Positions 30,587-40,363 of a stretch of DNA of 62,975 bases are shown in pieces. The stretch's first letter is position 1; every line of letters starts with the position of its first letter. The notes beneath the pieces are model-generated. The model saw nothing but the letters and a program-made list of their open reading frames with translations. It did not search any database and was not told the origin of the DNA. The position numbers and the translations under genes are program-made. Origin of the DNA: Burkholderiaceae bacterium (lineage in GTDB: Bacteria; Pseudomonadota; Gammaproteobacteria; Burkholderiales; Burkholderiaceae_E); NCBI GenBank assembly GCA_024643785.1, contig JAHEMI010000001.1, positions 1 through 62,975 of the forward strand, in the 5' to 3' direction.

Positions 30587-32107
30587 CTAGCGCGCGTAGG
30601 CGTCGCGCAGGATGTTCTTCTGCACCTTGCCCATCGCATTGCGGGGCAATTCGGGCACGATGAAGATGCGCCGCGGCACCTTGAAGCCGGCGATGCGCGA
30701 ACGCATGGCGGCGACCAGCTCCTGCGCGTCGAGCGCCGTCCCGGGACGGGCCACCACCACCGCTGCAACCGCCTCGCCGAAGTCGCGGTCCGGCAAACCG
30801 ATGACCGCCGACTCGAACACGCCCGGCAATTCGTCGATGACGGTCTCGATTTCCTTGGGATAGACGTTGTAGCCGCCAGTGATGATCAGGTCCTTGTTGC
30901 GCCCCACGATGCGCACATATCCGTTGGCGTCGAGCTGGCCGACGTCGCCGGTGCGAAAGTAACCGTCCGCGGTGAACTCGCTGCGGGTCTTGGCCGGCAT
31001 GCGCCAATAGCCCCTAAAGACGTTGGGTCCGCGCACCTGGATGACGCCGGTTTCGCCGGGCCTGCAGCGCTTGCCGTGGTCATCGACGATGCGCAGCTGG
31101 ACGCCGGGCAAGGGCTTGCCGACGGTGCCGGCAATCCGCTCGCCAGCGCACGGGTTGGAGGTGAGCATGATCGTCTCGCTCATCCCGTAGCGCTCCAGGA
31201 TGGGCATCCCGACCCGGCTTTCGAAGTCCTCGAAGGTCTCGGTGCGCAGCGGCGCAGACCCCGAGATGAACAGCCGCATTCGCGCACAGGCGTTGCGATC
31301 GAAGCCGGCTTCATCGAGCAGGCGCACATACATCGTCGGCACCCCCATGAAAACCGTGGCACGCGGCAATTGGCGGATGACCTCGGCGGGATCGAAGCGC
31401 GCCAGCCAGATCATCTTGCTGCCGTTGTAGAGCGCCCCGTGGACCGCGACGAACAGACCGTGGACATGGAAGATCGGCAGCGCGTGCAGCAGCACGTCGC
31501 CGCGGCGCCAGCCCCAGTAGCCCTGCAGCGTGCGCGCGTTGCTGGCGAGGTTGCCGTGCGAGAGCATCGCGCCCTTGCTGCGCCCGGTGGTTCCCGAGGT
31601 GTAGAGAATTGCCGCCAGGTCCGATGGGCGGCGGCGCACGGTCAGGAACTCGTCGGCATGCGGGGCGGCGGCGGCAAGCAGCGTGCCGTCACGATTCGTA
31701 CCCAGTGTATGGACGTGCCGGACGCCGTGGCGCCGCGCGATGGGCTCCACCCACTCCTGCCTCTCGGGCGAGCACACCACCAGCTCGGGCTTGGCGTTGC
31801 CGATGAAATAGTCGATTTCGCCGGCCTGATAGGCGGTGTTGAGCGGCAGGAAGATCATCCCCGCGCGCAGGCTGGCCAGATACAGCATCAGGGCTTCGGG
31901 CGACTTCTCGACCTGCACCGCCACCCTGGCGCCGGGACGCAGGCCCAGCGCCTTCATCAGGTTGGCGAGCCGGGCGCTGGCGCACAGCAGGTCGCGCCAG
32001 GTGTAGTACAGCCCCCCCGTGGTCTCCAGGCAGCAGCGCTCGAGCGCTCGCGGGAAGCGCCGCTCGAGGACCGCGAACAGGTTATCGTTGACCGCCTTGC
32101 TCTTCAT
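30587..32107 (-). CDS. matB: Malonyl-CoA synthetase (AMP-forming acyl-CoA ligase, MatB type)
   Basis: Start MKSKAVNDNLFAVL (ATG 32105-32107). VAVQVEKSPEALMLYLASLRAG..LPLNTAY..IDYFIGNA, YTSGTTGRSKGAM and PRNAMGKVQKNILR closely follow the Rhizobium MatB pattern as I recall it. Confidence 0.85.
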   Translation of the reverse strand: MKSKAVNDNLFAVLERRFPRALERCCLETTGGLYYTWRDLLCASARLANLMKALGLRPGARVAVQVEKSPEALMLYLASLRAGMIFLPLNTAYQAGEIDYFIGNAKPELVVCSPERQEWVEPIARRHGVRHVHTLGTNRDGTLLAAAAPHADEFLTVRRRPSDLAAILYTSGTTGRSKGAMLSHGNLASNARTLQGYWGWRRGDVLLHALPIFHVHGLFVAVHGALYNGSKMIWLARFDPAEVIRQLPRATVFMGVPTMYVRLLDEAGFDRNACARMRLFISGSAPLRTETFEDFESRVGMPILERYGMSETIMLTSNPCAGERIAGTVGKPLPGVQLRIVDDHGKRCRPGETGVIQVRGPNVFRGYWRMPAKTRSEFTADGYFRTGDVGQLDANGYVRIVGRNKDLIITGGYNVYPKEIETVIDELPGVFESAVIGLPDRDFGEAVAAVVVARPGTALDAQELVAAMRSRIAGFKVPRRIFIVPELPRNAMGKVQKNILRDAYAR

Positions 32108-32117
32108 ATCCCGGTGC

Positions 32118-33536
32118 TCACAGTAAGGCGCGCACGGCGCGCGACGCGCGGACTTCGCCGGCGACGAATTTTTCATGGTTCTCCTCGACCTCGCCGAGGT
32201 CGTAGAGGTAGTTGACCATGAAGCCACACGACTCGACCCGGCCCTTGCGCGAGAGGTCGGCGCGGGGATTGATTCGTTCGAGACGCGCCCCGTTGTTGAG
32301 GTGAAACCGGGCCACCGGATCGGCACCATGGAAATCGGCCAACCCGGATTGGCAGAGGTAGAACGCGCACAAGCGGCTCAGCGCCTCATTGTCCACCTCC
32401 AGCTGGGCTTGCTGGGCCTTCTCCCGGGCCTTGGCCTGGCGTTCGAGCAACTTCTTCTCCCGGCGCTGTTCGGCGGCGTCATCCGAAGCCGCGACCGGTT
32501 CCGCCGCTGCCGCCGCCGGCGCCGCGGCCCGCACCCACTTGGCGGGATCATTGCCGTAGCGCGAGCGCAGGCCGCCCAGCGCCTCGTCAAGGCGCTTGGC
32601 CGCCGCCGGCTTGAGTTCTGGCGACTCGATCCGCTCGATCTTCGCCAGCCAGCGCGCAAATCCCGGGATCGGCGAAAGCGTGCAAAAGGTCTTGATTCCG
32701 GGGATCTGGCGATGCAGTTCCTGGGCTACCTGCTTGATCAGGAAATTCCCCAGGTTTACGCCGCGCAGTCCGGCCTGGCAGTTCGAAATCGAATAGAACA
32801 CCGCCACCTTGAACGAGCGTTCGTCGTCGGCACTCGGAGCATCACGGTCGATCAGCGGGCCGATTCCAGCGGGAATCTCCGGCACCAGCGCGACCTCGAC
32901 GAAGATCAGCGGCTCGTCGGGCAGGGTCGGATGAAAGAACGCGAAGCAGCGCCGATCGGGCTCGAGCCGGCGACGCAAGTCACGCCAGCCGTCGATCTGG
33001 TGCACCGCCTCGTGCATCACGAGTTTTTCGAGCAGCAGCGCGGGCGAACTCCAGTCAACCTGCATCAGCCTGAGGAACCCCGGGTTGAACCAGGAGGACA
33101 GCAGGTGCGAAAAATCGGCATCGACCGCGGACAGCACCGGGTCGCTGCGCAACACCTCCAGTAGCCGCGCTCTCATCGCCACGATCGCCGCAGTGCCGCC
33201 CTGGGCCCGGTTGAGCCGGCGCAACAACTCCTGGCGCGGTGACTCGACGGCGTGAAAGAGGCGCACCAGGTCCTGGGGCGACCGGGTAGCCTGATAGCTC
33301 AGCGCCAGTTCGACCAGCAGGCCGGGTTCGGGGTCGAATTCGGCGGCGAGCATTTCGAAGAAGCCCACCGCGGTTTCGTCGGAAAGCTTGTCGTAATGCT
33401 CGAGCACGCGCGCCGCGATAACCGCGCTGTTGGCCTCGCCGCGTTCGCCCAGCAACTTGCGGCAATCCCTGAGCAGCCGGCGCAGTTCGCTTTGCTGCGC
33501 CACCTTGTTGCGGACCTCTCGAATTCGTTCGAACAT
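32118..33536 (-). CDS. matA: Malonyl-CoA decarboxylase
   Basis: Start MFERIREVRNKV (ATG 33534-33536). MCD pattern (FNPGFLRLMQVDWSSPA.LLEKL..HEAVH, CFAFFHP.LPDEPLIFVEVAL, FYSISNCQAGLRGVNLGNFLIKQV). Confidence 0.85.
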   Translation of the reverse strand: MFERIREVRNKVAQQSELRRLLRDCRKLLGERGEANSAVIAARVLEHYDKLSDETAVGFFEMLAAEFDPEPGLLVELALSYQATRSPQDLVRLFHAVESPRQELLRRLNRAQGGTAAIVAMRARLLEVLRSDPVLSAVDADFSHLLSSWFNPGFLRLMQVDWSSPALLLEKLVMHEAVHQIDGWRDLRRRLEPDRRCFAFFHPTLPDEPLIFVEVALVPEIPAGIGPLIDRDAPSADDERSFKVAVFYSISNCQAGLRGVNLGNFLIKQVAQELHRQIPGIKTFCTLSPIPGFARWLAKIERIESPELKPAAAKRLDEALGGLRSRYGNDPAKWVRAAAPAAAAAEPVAASDDAAEQRREKKLLERQAKAREKAQQAQLEVDNEALSRLCAFYLCQSGLADFHGADPVARFHLNNGARLERINPRADLSRKGRVESCGFMVNYLYDLGEVEENHEKFVAGEVRASRAVRALL

Positions 33537-33538
33537 TT

Positions 33539-34327
33539 CTAGCTCCGCCTCGCGCGCGCCAGCAACCAGATTCCCGCCAGCGCCATCGGCACGCTGAGAA
33601 TCTGCCCCATCGTCAAGCCTTCCAGCACAAAACCCAGGAACGCATCTGGTTGGCGGCCAAATTCTGCGAGAAAACGCATCACCGCATAACCAAGCAGGAA
33701 CATTCCCGATACCGCACCCACGCCCCGGGGGCGCGACGAATACCACCACAGCAGTGCGAACAGCAGCAGGCCTTCGCCGGCAAACTGGTAGAGTTGTGAC
33801 GGGTGCCGCGCCAGCGCATCACCGGCCTGGGGAAAGACGACTCCCCACGGCAGGTCGGTCGGCCGGCCCCAGAGCTCGCCGTTGATGAAGTTGCCCATCC
33901 GTCCCGCGGCCAATCCCAGCGGCACCAGTGGGGCCACGAAATCCATCACCCTCAGGAACTGCTTGCCGCGCCGGGCGCAGAAAAGTGCCAGCGCCAGCAC
34001 CACGCCGAGCAATCCGCCGTGGAACGACATGCCGCCCTTCCATAGCTCCAGCACTTGGAGCGGGTGCGCAAGGTAGTAGCCCGGCTGATAGAAGATCGCG
34101 TAACCCAGGCGCCCGCCGAGCACCACCCCGATCGCGCCCCAGAACAGCAGGTCCTCATGCTCGGTGACGGTCAGTGCGCTGTTGCGCGAGAAATGCTCAC
34201 GTCCCAGCCGGTAACGCCCCAGCAGGTAGAAGCCCGCGAAAGCCAACAGGTACATCAACCCATACCAGCGCACGGCGAGCGGGCCGATACTGATGGCGAT
34301 GGGATCGAACTGCGGATGAACGAACAT
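33539..34327 (-). CDS. lgt: Prolipoprotein diacylglyceryl transferase
   Basis: [58 protein letters not shown]. Confidence 0.93.
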   Translation of the reverse strand: MFVHPQFDPIAISIGPLAVRWYGLMYLLAFAGFYLLGRYRLGREHFSRNSALTVTEHEDLLFWGAIGVVLGGRLGYAIFYQPGYYLAHPLQVLELWKGGMSFHGGLLGVVLALALFCARRGKQFLRVMDFVAPLVPLGLAAGRMGNFINGELWGRPTDLPWGVVFPQAGDALARHPSQLYQFAGEGLLLFALLWWYSSRPRGVGAVSGMFLLGYAVMRFLAEFGRQPDAFLGFVLEGLTMGQILSVPMALAGIWLLARARRS

Positions 34328-34510
34328 CGTTGCTGTTCCTCGCTGAACACGGTGCTCCGGCACTGCCTGCTGCGATTCTACCCGCCCGTCGGTCCACGCC
34401 GAGACCGGGCGGGCGGGACCGGTTCTGTCGTAATATCGTCCTCACCCCCAAGCGTGCGCCTGCGCCGACAACGGTGCACCACGCGACGCCCAACGAGAGA
34501 GGATCAAGAG

Positions 34511-36196
34511 ATGGCATCGAACCGCCGGTCACGCAACATCACCCAGGGTGTCGCCCGCGCTCCCAATCGCTCAATGTACTTCGGCATGGGCTACCAGGAC
34601 AGCGACTTCGACAAGCCGATGATCGGGATCGCCAACGGCCACAGCACTATCACCCCCTGCAACTCCGGCCTGCAGACGCTTGCCGACGCGGCCATCGCCG
34701 CGGTTTCGACCGCCGGCGGCAACCCGCAGGTGTTCGGCACGCCCACGATCTCCGACGGGATGTCGATGGGCACCGAGGGCATGAACTATTCGCTCATCAG
34801 CCGCAAGGTGATCGCCGACTGCATCGAGACCGCAGTCCAGGGACAGTGGATGGACGGAGTCATGGTGATCGGCGGCTGCGACAAGAACATGCCCGGCGGC
34901 ATGATGGGCATACTGCGCACCAACGTGCCCGGAATCTTCGTCTATGGCGGCACGATCAAGGCCGGCCACTGGAAGGGCAAGGACCTCAACATCGTCTCGG
35001 TGTTCGAAGCCGTCGGCGAGTTCTCGCACGGCCGGATGAGCGAGGAGGACTTCTCGGGGATCGAACACAACGCGATTCCGGGCACCGGTTCGTGCGGCGG
35101 CATGTACACCGCCAACACCATGTCGTCGTCGTTCGAGGCCTTGGGCATGAGCCTGCTCGGTTCCTCGACCATGGCCAACCCGGACGACGAAAAACGCGTC
35201 TCGGCTGAAGAGTCGGCGAGGGTCCTGCTGGCGGCGGTGCAAGCCAACCTGACCCCGGACAAGATCGTCACCCGCGCCGCGATCGAGAATGCCGCCGCGC
35301 TGATCATGGCGATTGGCGGCTCGACCAATGCCGTGCTTCACTACCTGGCGATTGCCCACGCCGCGAAGGTCGAATGGACCATCGATGACTTCGAGCGGGT
35401 CCGCAAGAAGGTGCCGGTGCTCTGCGACATGAAGCCGTCGGGACGCTACCTCGCCACCGATCTGCACCGGGCTGGCGGCATCCCGCAGGTCCTCAAGATC
35501 CTGCTGGCCGCCGGACTGGTGGACGGCAGTTGCATGACGATCACTGGCCGCACCCTGGCCGAGGAACTGGCCCAGGTTCCCGACCAGCCGCGCGCCGACC
35601 AGGACGTCATCCGTCCTATCGAGCGGCCGCTCTACCCCGCCGGCCACCTGGCGATCCTCAAGGGCAACCTCTCGCCGGAAGGCGCCGTCGCCAAGATCAC
35701 CGGGCTGAAGAATCCGGTGATTACCGGTCCGGCACGAGTGTTCAACAACGAGCAATCGGCGCTGCAAGCCATCCTCGATGGCGCCATCAAGGCCGGCGAC
35801 GTCATGGTGCTGCGTTACCTGGGACCCCGTGGCGCGCCGGGGATGCCCGAAATGCTCGCCCCAACGTCGGCAATCATCGGCGCGGGGCTGGGCGAATCGG
35901 TGGGACTGATAACCGACGGCCGCTTTTCGGGCGGAACCTGGGGCATGGTGGTTGGACACGTCGCTCCCGAGGCCGCCGTGGGCGGCACGATCGCACTGGT
36001 CGAGGAAGGCGATTCGATCACCATCGACGCGCGCAAGCTGCTGCTGGAACTCAACGTCGCTGACGACGAACTGGCTGCCAGGCGCCAGCGCTGGCAACAG
36101 CCGGCGCCAAAGCACACCCGGGGGGTCCTGGGGGAATTTACTCAGCTCGCCGGCAGCGCCAGCAAAGGTGCGGTCACTGACGACTTCAGGAGTTGA
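34511..36196 (+). CDS. ilvD: Dihydroxy-acid dehydratase (short form)
   Basis: ATG at 34511. [38 protein letters not shown] and [10 protein letters not shown]. Confidence 0.95.
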   Translation: MASNRRSRNITQGVARAPNRSMYFGMGYQDSDFDKPMIGIANGHSTITPCNSGLQTLADAAIAAVSTAGGNPQVFGTPTISDGMSMGTEGMNYSLISRKVIADCIETAVQGQWMDGVMVIGGCDKNMPGGMMGILRTNVPGIFVYGGTIKAGHWKGKDLNIVSVFEAVGEFSHGRMSEEDFSGIEHNAIPGTGSCGGMYTANTMSSSFEALGMSLLGSSTMANPDDEKRVSAEESARVLLAAVQANLTPDKIVTRAAIENAAALIMAIGGSTNAVLHYLAIAHAAKVEWTIDDFERVRKKVPVLCDMKPSGRYLATDLHRAGGIPQVLKILLAAGLVDGSCMTITGRTLAEELAQVPDQPRADQDVIRPIERPLYPAGHLAILKGNLSPEGAVAKITGLKNPVITGPARVFNNEQSALQAILDGAIKAGDVMVLRYLGPRGAPGMPEMLAPTSAIIGAGLGESVGLITDGRFSGGTWGMVVGHVAPEAAVGGTIALVEEGDSITIDARKLLLELNVADDELAARRQRWQQPAPKHTRGVLGEFTQLAGSASKGAVTDDFRS

Positions 36197-36395
36197 ACCG
36201 GCGGTTCCGGCGCGCGTCGTCTTCGGCGGTGCCGGCGGCGCGAACCCGGGCCAGGAACAGCCTTTCGAATACTTCGAACCAGACGAAGGCGATTGCGAGC
36301 GGCGCCAGCACCCAGTACCAGCTGAGGTCCGCGACCGGACCTATTTCAAACCACTTCAGGGCTACCAGTAGCGCCCCGATCCAGACCATGAACAT
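36186..36395 (-). CDS. Small Trp-rich membrane protein (TIGR04438-like)
   Basis: 69 aa with two hydrophobic segments carrying repeated W ([40 protein letters not shown]). It overlaps the ilvD 3' end convergently by 11 nt. The family call is from memory. Confidence 0.55.
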   Translation of the reverse strand: MFMVWIGALLVALKWFEIGPVADLSWYWVLAPLAIAFVWFEVFERLFLARVRAAGTAEDDARRNRRFNS

Positions 36396-36620
36396 CGTTC
36401 TCGAAGCTCCTATCCAAACCGCTTCAGGAATAAGCGGGCTAAGCCAATTATCCTAGTGACAGGTTGCCGGCAGACTACCCGGGTGCCGGGCGGTAGGGTT
36501 TGGCCCCCCCAACGGCGCGATCAGCCAGGTCAACCCAATTCCGCCGGGGAACGTTTATGATCAAGCGTCGACTACAGACCAACCTCAACGACCAATAACT
36601 GAAACAAAGGAAACCCAACC

Positions 36621-36932
36621 ATGCGAAATTCACTCACCCTGGCCTGCGCGATCTCGCTCACGCTCGCCTCCGGCGTCGCGCTGGCCGATGCCAATCTCGC
36701 CAAAGCCAAGAATTGTTTTGCCTGCCACACCGTCGACAGCAAGCTGGTTGGCCCGGCGTACAAGGACGTCGCCAAGAAGTACGCCTCGGACAAGGGCGCG
36801 GTCGACCGGCTGGCCAAGAAGATCCGGGCCGGCGGCTCCGGTGTCTGGGGCCAGATTCCGATGCCAGCCAATCCCCAGGTCAACGATGCCGAGGCCGCCA
36901 CGCTGGCCAAGTGGATCATGTCGCTCAAGTGA
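36621..36932 (+). CDS. Class I c-type cytochrome (c551/c552-like), secreted
   Basis: Signal peptide (..ALADA). Heme motif CFACH, distal Met in IPMPAN. AAAGGA RBS. Confidence 0.9.
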   Translation: MRNSLTLACAISLTLASGVALADANLAKAKNCFACHTVDSKLVGPAYKDVAKKYASDKGAVDRLAKKIRAGGSGVWGQIPMPANPQVNDAEAATLAKWIMSLK

Positions 36933-36969
36933 GCCCGGCAGCGCGCGTGCGCTAACGCCACGACAATCA

Positions 36970-36995
36970 GGGGCGCCAAATGGCGCCCCTTTTTT
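36970..36995 (+). terminator. Rho-independent terminator of the cytochrome c gene
   Basis: GGGGCGCC-AAAT-GGCGCCCC followed by TTTTTT. Confidence 0.85.
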
Positions 36996-37224
36996 CGTCC
37001 TGCACTCGCAACCGACGAGAACATTTCTTTCCTGGCCGCGCGCAATCCGGTCTGGCCAGGCGGCCCGGGAACCCGCAATCGGCGCGCCCGATGCCGTTGG
37101 TCACGCCAATTTGACCGCACAGCCGAATGGGCTTTCACCAGCGCGGCCAGAGCGCTAACTTCAACCCCGAGAACCAAGCTCTGACCTCCCGGTCGGAGCG
37201 CAGTTCACAACTCCCTGGCTGGTT

Positions 37225-37253
37225 TGCCCCGGTAGCCCCGGGGCATTTTTTTT
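37225..37253 (+). terminator. Second, orphan Rho-independent terminator with no annotated gene upstream
   Basis: TGCCCCGG-TAGC-CCGGGGCA followed by TTTTTTTT, located 230 nt after the previous terminator. Confidence 0.65.
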
Positions 37254-37280
37254 ACGGCCCCCGACGTTTTTGGCTAGAAT
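37251..37280 (+). promoter_or_regulatory. Candidate sigma70 promoter for livHMGF
   Basis: TTTACG-(18 nt)-TAGAAT, about 185 nt upstream of the livH start. A weak match by inspection only. Confidence 0.35.
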
Positions 37281-37465
37281 TCACGCCACACGCATTGTCT
37301 GTTGGCCGCTTCGGCACGACAAGACAGCCTGGACCGAGCTTGACCGCATGCCCTTGCCTTGGCTCACTGGCAAGGTCGGTTCGAAAGCGGTGCAAGAACA
37401 CCATACGTGAAACGTACCAGTTGCCGCGACGGCCAGCCGCCGAACGGTGACGGAGGGGACCGGAC

Positions 37466-38398
37466 TTGTTCAACTACGACATTCTGTTGCAGCAGATTCT
37501 CAACGGACTGGTGCTCGGCAGCGTCTACGCACTCATCGCGCTGGGCTACACCATGGTCTACGGAATCCTGCAACTCATCAACTTCGCCCACGGCGAGGTA
37601 CTGATGGTGGGGGCGATGGTTGGCCTGACTGCCATCAACGCCCTTTCCGGCTTCGGCCTGCCCGGTCCGCTGCTACTGGTGATCGCGGTTCTGGTCGCGA
37701 TCCCGGTGTGCGTGGTACTTGCGATGGCGATGGAGCGCCTGGCCTATCGCCCGCTGCGCAATGCCCCCCGGCTTTCGCCGCTGATCACGGCGATCGGGCT
37801 CTCGATCACGCTGCAGACCGTGGCGATGATCATCTGGAAGCCCAACCCGATCGTGTTCCCCGACCTGTTGCCCACCGATCCGATTCCGGTTTTTGGTGCA
37901 GTGCTGGCGCCCAAGCAACTGCTGATCCTGGTCGTCTCCGCAATCATGATGAGCGGGCTGCTGGTACTGGTAAATCGCACCAAGCTGGGCCGCGCGATGC
38001 GCGCCACAGCCGAAAATTCCCGCATCGCCCAGTTGATGGGCGTCAACTCCAATCGGGTAATCTCGGCAACTTTTGCAATTGGCGCAGCGCTGGCGGCGGT
38101 GGCGGGCATCCTGGTGGCGATGAACTACAACATCGCGCAGTTCTACATGGGTTTTCTCCCAGGCCTGAAGGCGTTCACGGCAGCGGTGTTGGGTGGCATC
38201 GGCAATCTCGCCGGAGCGGTGCTCGGCGGGCTGCTGCTGGGCCTGATCGAGAGCCTCGGCGCCGGCTACATCGGGCAACTGACCGGCGGATTCCTGGGCA
38301 GCCATTACCAGGACATTTTCGCGTTCGCGGTGCTGATCATCGTGCTGGTGTTCCGCCCGTCCGGAATCATGGGCGAGCGGGTTGCGGATCGGGCATAA
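37466..38398 (+). CDS. livH: Branched-chain amino acid ABC transporter permease LivH
   Basis: TTG start with GGAGGGGA RBS. LQQILNGLVLGSVYALIALGYTMVYGIL..INFAHGE is a canonical LivH N-terminus. Confidence 0.9.
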   Translation: MFNYDILLQQILNGLVLGSVYALIALGYTMVYGILQLINFAHGEVLMVGAMVGLTAINALSGFGLPGPLLLVIAVLVAIPVCVVLAMAMERLAYRPLRNAPRLSPLITAIGLSITLQTVAMIIWKPNPIVFPDLLPTDPIPVFGAVLAPKQLLILVVSAIMMSGLLVLVNRTKLGRAMRATAENSRIAQLMGVNSNRVISATFAIGAALAAVAGILVAMNYNIAQFYMGFLPGLKAFTAAVLGGIGNLAGAVLGGLLLGLIESLGAGYIGQLTGGFLGSHYQDIFAFAVLIIVLVFRPSGIMGERVADRA

Positions 38399-38418
38399 AG
38401 GCGCGGAGATAAAAGACG

Positions 38419-39570
38419 ATGAAGAATCTATTCCCCCGACTGGCCGGTAACCCGAAGGCGGCCTACATGGCCACCGCGATATTGGCGGTGGCGCTGATCC
38501 TGCTCCCGCTGATCGTCGGCCAGGCCGGCAACGCGTGGGTGCGGATGCTCGACTTCGCGCTGCTCTACATCATGCTGGCGCTCGGCCTGAACATCGTGGT
38601 CGGCTACGCCGGCCTGCTCGACCTCGGCTACGTGGCGTTCTACGCGGTGGGCGCTTACATGTACGCGCTGCTGGCCTCGCCCCACCTGGCCGAGAACTTC
38701 GAGTGGTTCCGGATGATGTTCCCAGATGGGCTGCATACCCCAGTCTGGGTGGTGGTCCCACTGGGCGCCGCGCTGGCTGCCACCTTCGGAATCCTGCTCG
38801 GCTACCCGGTGCTGCGGCTGCGCGGCGATTACCTCGCGATCGTCACCCTGGGCTTCGGGGAGATCGTGCGCATCTTCCTGAACAACCTGAATGCGCCCTA
38901 CAACATCACCAGCGGACCGCAGGGTATCGGCGCCATCGACCCGATCACGATTGGCGGCGTACCGCTATCGAGACCGTTTGAAATATTCGGCTTTACCTTC
39001 GAGTCGGTCCAGCTGTACTACTACCTGTTCCTGGCGCTGGCGGTGATGGTGATCATTGTCTCGATCCGGCTCCAGAACTCGCGCATCGGCCGCGCCTGGA
39101 TGGCGATTCGCGAGGACGAGACCGCCGCCAAGGCGATGGGAATCAACGTCCGTAATCTCAAGCTGCTCGCCTTTGCAATGGGCGCGTCGTTCGGCGGGAT
39201 ATCCGGGGCGATGTTCTCAGCCTTCCAGGGATTTGTCTCGCCCGAAAGTTTCATCCTGATGGAGTCGGTGATCATAGTATCGATGGTGGTGCTGGGTGGC
39301 ATGGGCCATATCCCAGGTGTGATCCTGGGCGCGATCCTGCTCTACGCGATCCCGGAAGTCCTGCGCTTCGTTGCCAAGCCCGCCCAGGAGGCGATCTTCG
39401 GCTTCGAAGTGGTCCCACCCGAGGCCTTGCGAATGCTGCTCTTCGGCGTTGCGATGGTACTAGTCATGCTGTATCGACCCGAGGGCCTCTGGCCGGCACC
39501 AAAGCACGGCGCCAAGGTCCGCCCAGGCGACAAGGCTGTGCCGGCGGTAACCGGCACGACCCAGGCCTGA
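38419..39570 (+). CDS. livM: Branched-chain amino acid ABC transporter permease LivM
   Basis: LivM pattern (LALGLNIVVGYAGLLDLGYVAFYAVGAY, LRGDYLAIVTLGFGEI). Confidence 0.9.
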   Translation: MKNLFPRLAGNPKAAYMATAILAVALILLPLIVGQAGNAWVRMLDFALLYIMLALGLNIVVGYAGLLDLGYVAFYAVGAYMYALLASPHLAENFEWFRMMFPDGLHTPVWVVVPLGAALAATFGILLGYPVLRLRGDYLAIVTLGFGEIVRIFLNNLNAPYNITSGPQGIGAIDPITIGGVPLSRPFEIFGFTFESVQLYYYLFLALAVMVIIVSIRLQNSRIGRAWMAIREDETAAKAMGINVRNLKLLAFAMGASFGGISGAMFSAFQGFVSPESFILMESVIIVSMVVLGGMGHIPGVILGAILLYAIPEVLRFVAKPAQEAIFGFEVVPPEALRMLLFGVAMVLVMLYRPEGLWPAPKHGAKVRPGDKAVPAVTGTTQA

Positions 39571-39583
39571 GGGGGAGGAAACA

Positions 39584-40363
39584 ATGAGCGAAAACCGCGA
39601 TCTGCTGCTCTCGGTCAAGGGTGTCAACAAGCGCTTCGGCGGCTTGCAGGCGCTTTCGGACATCAGCATCGAAATCGAACGTGGCCAGATCTACGGCCTG
39701 ATCGGACCCAATGGCGCCGGCAAGACGACGTTCTTCAACGTTATCACTGGTCTCTATACCGCTGACTCGGGCAGTTTTGTTCTCGACGGCCAGCCCTTCA
39801 GTCCGCGGGAAGTCCACAAGGTCGCCGAGGCCGGAATTGCCCGCACGTTCCAGAACATCCGGCTCTTCAACGATATGACGGCGCTCGAGAACGTAATGGT
39901 GGGCCGGCACGTGCGCGCCAAGTCGGGGATCATCGGCGCGGTCTTCAAGACCGCCAAGGAGCGTGCCGAGGAAGAGGCGATCCGCGCCCGCTCGATGGAA
40001 CTGATGGCCTACGTCGGCCTCTCGCAGTTCTGCGATTACCAGGCGCGCACGCTGTCTTACGGCGACCAGCGTCGGCTCGAAATTGCCCGTGCCCTGGCGA
40101 CCGATCCCAAGCTGCTGGCGCTCGACGAGCCGGCCGCGGGCATGAATGCCACCGAGAAGATGGCGCTGCGCGAACTGCTCAAACACATCTGCGACGACGG
40201 CAAGACCATTCTGCTGATCGAACACGACGTCAAACTGGTCATGGGACTTTGCGATCGCGTCACGGTACTAGACTACGGCAAGCAGATCGCCGAAGGCCTG
40301 CCCGCGGATGTGCGCAGCGACAAGGGCGTGATTGAAGCTTATCTGGGAGCTGGACATGCCTGA
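39584..40363 (+). CDS. livG: Branched-chain amino acid ABC transporter ATP-binding protein LivG
   Basis: Walker A GPNGAGKTT, signature YGDQRRLEIARAL, Walker B LLALDEPAAG. Confidence 0.92.
   Translation: MSENRDLLLSVKGVNKRFGGLQALSDISIEIERGQIYGLIGPNGAGKTTFFNVITGLYTADSGSFVLDGQPFSPREVHKVAEAGIARTFQNIRLFNDMTALENVMVGRHVRAKSGIIGAVFKTAKERAEEEAIRARSMELMAYVGLSQFCDYQARTLSYGDQRRLEIARALATDPKLLALDEPAAGMNATEKMALRELLKHICDDGKTILLIEHDVKLVMGLCDRVTVLDYGKQIAEGLPADVRSDKGVIEAYLGAGHA

Noticed and set aside
36557-36598. 13-codon upstream ORF (MIKRRLQTNLNDQ) with a GGGGA box 6 nt upstream, in the cytochrome c leader.
   Set aside because: It is too short to evaluate and has no recognisable leader-peptide logic for a cytochrome gene. 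It could easily be chance.
36572-37450. ORFs of 201 aa (minus, 36572-37177), 156 aa (plus, 36688-37158) and 107 aa (plus, 37127-37450) spanning the cytochrome c gene and the downstream gap. I considered them as possible remnants of a lost liv binding-protein gene.
   Set aside because: The translations show no periplasmic binding-protein or other family pattern and have no RBS. The first two overlap the clearly real cytochrome c gene in other frames.
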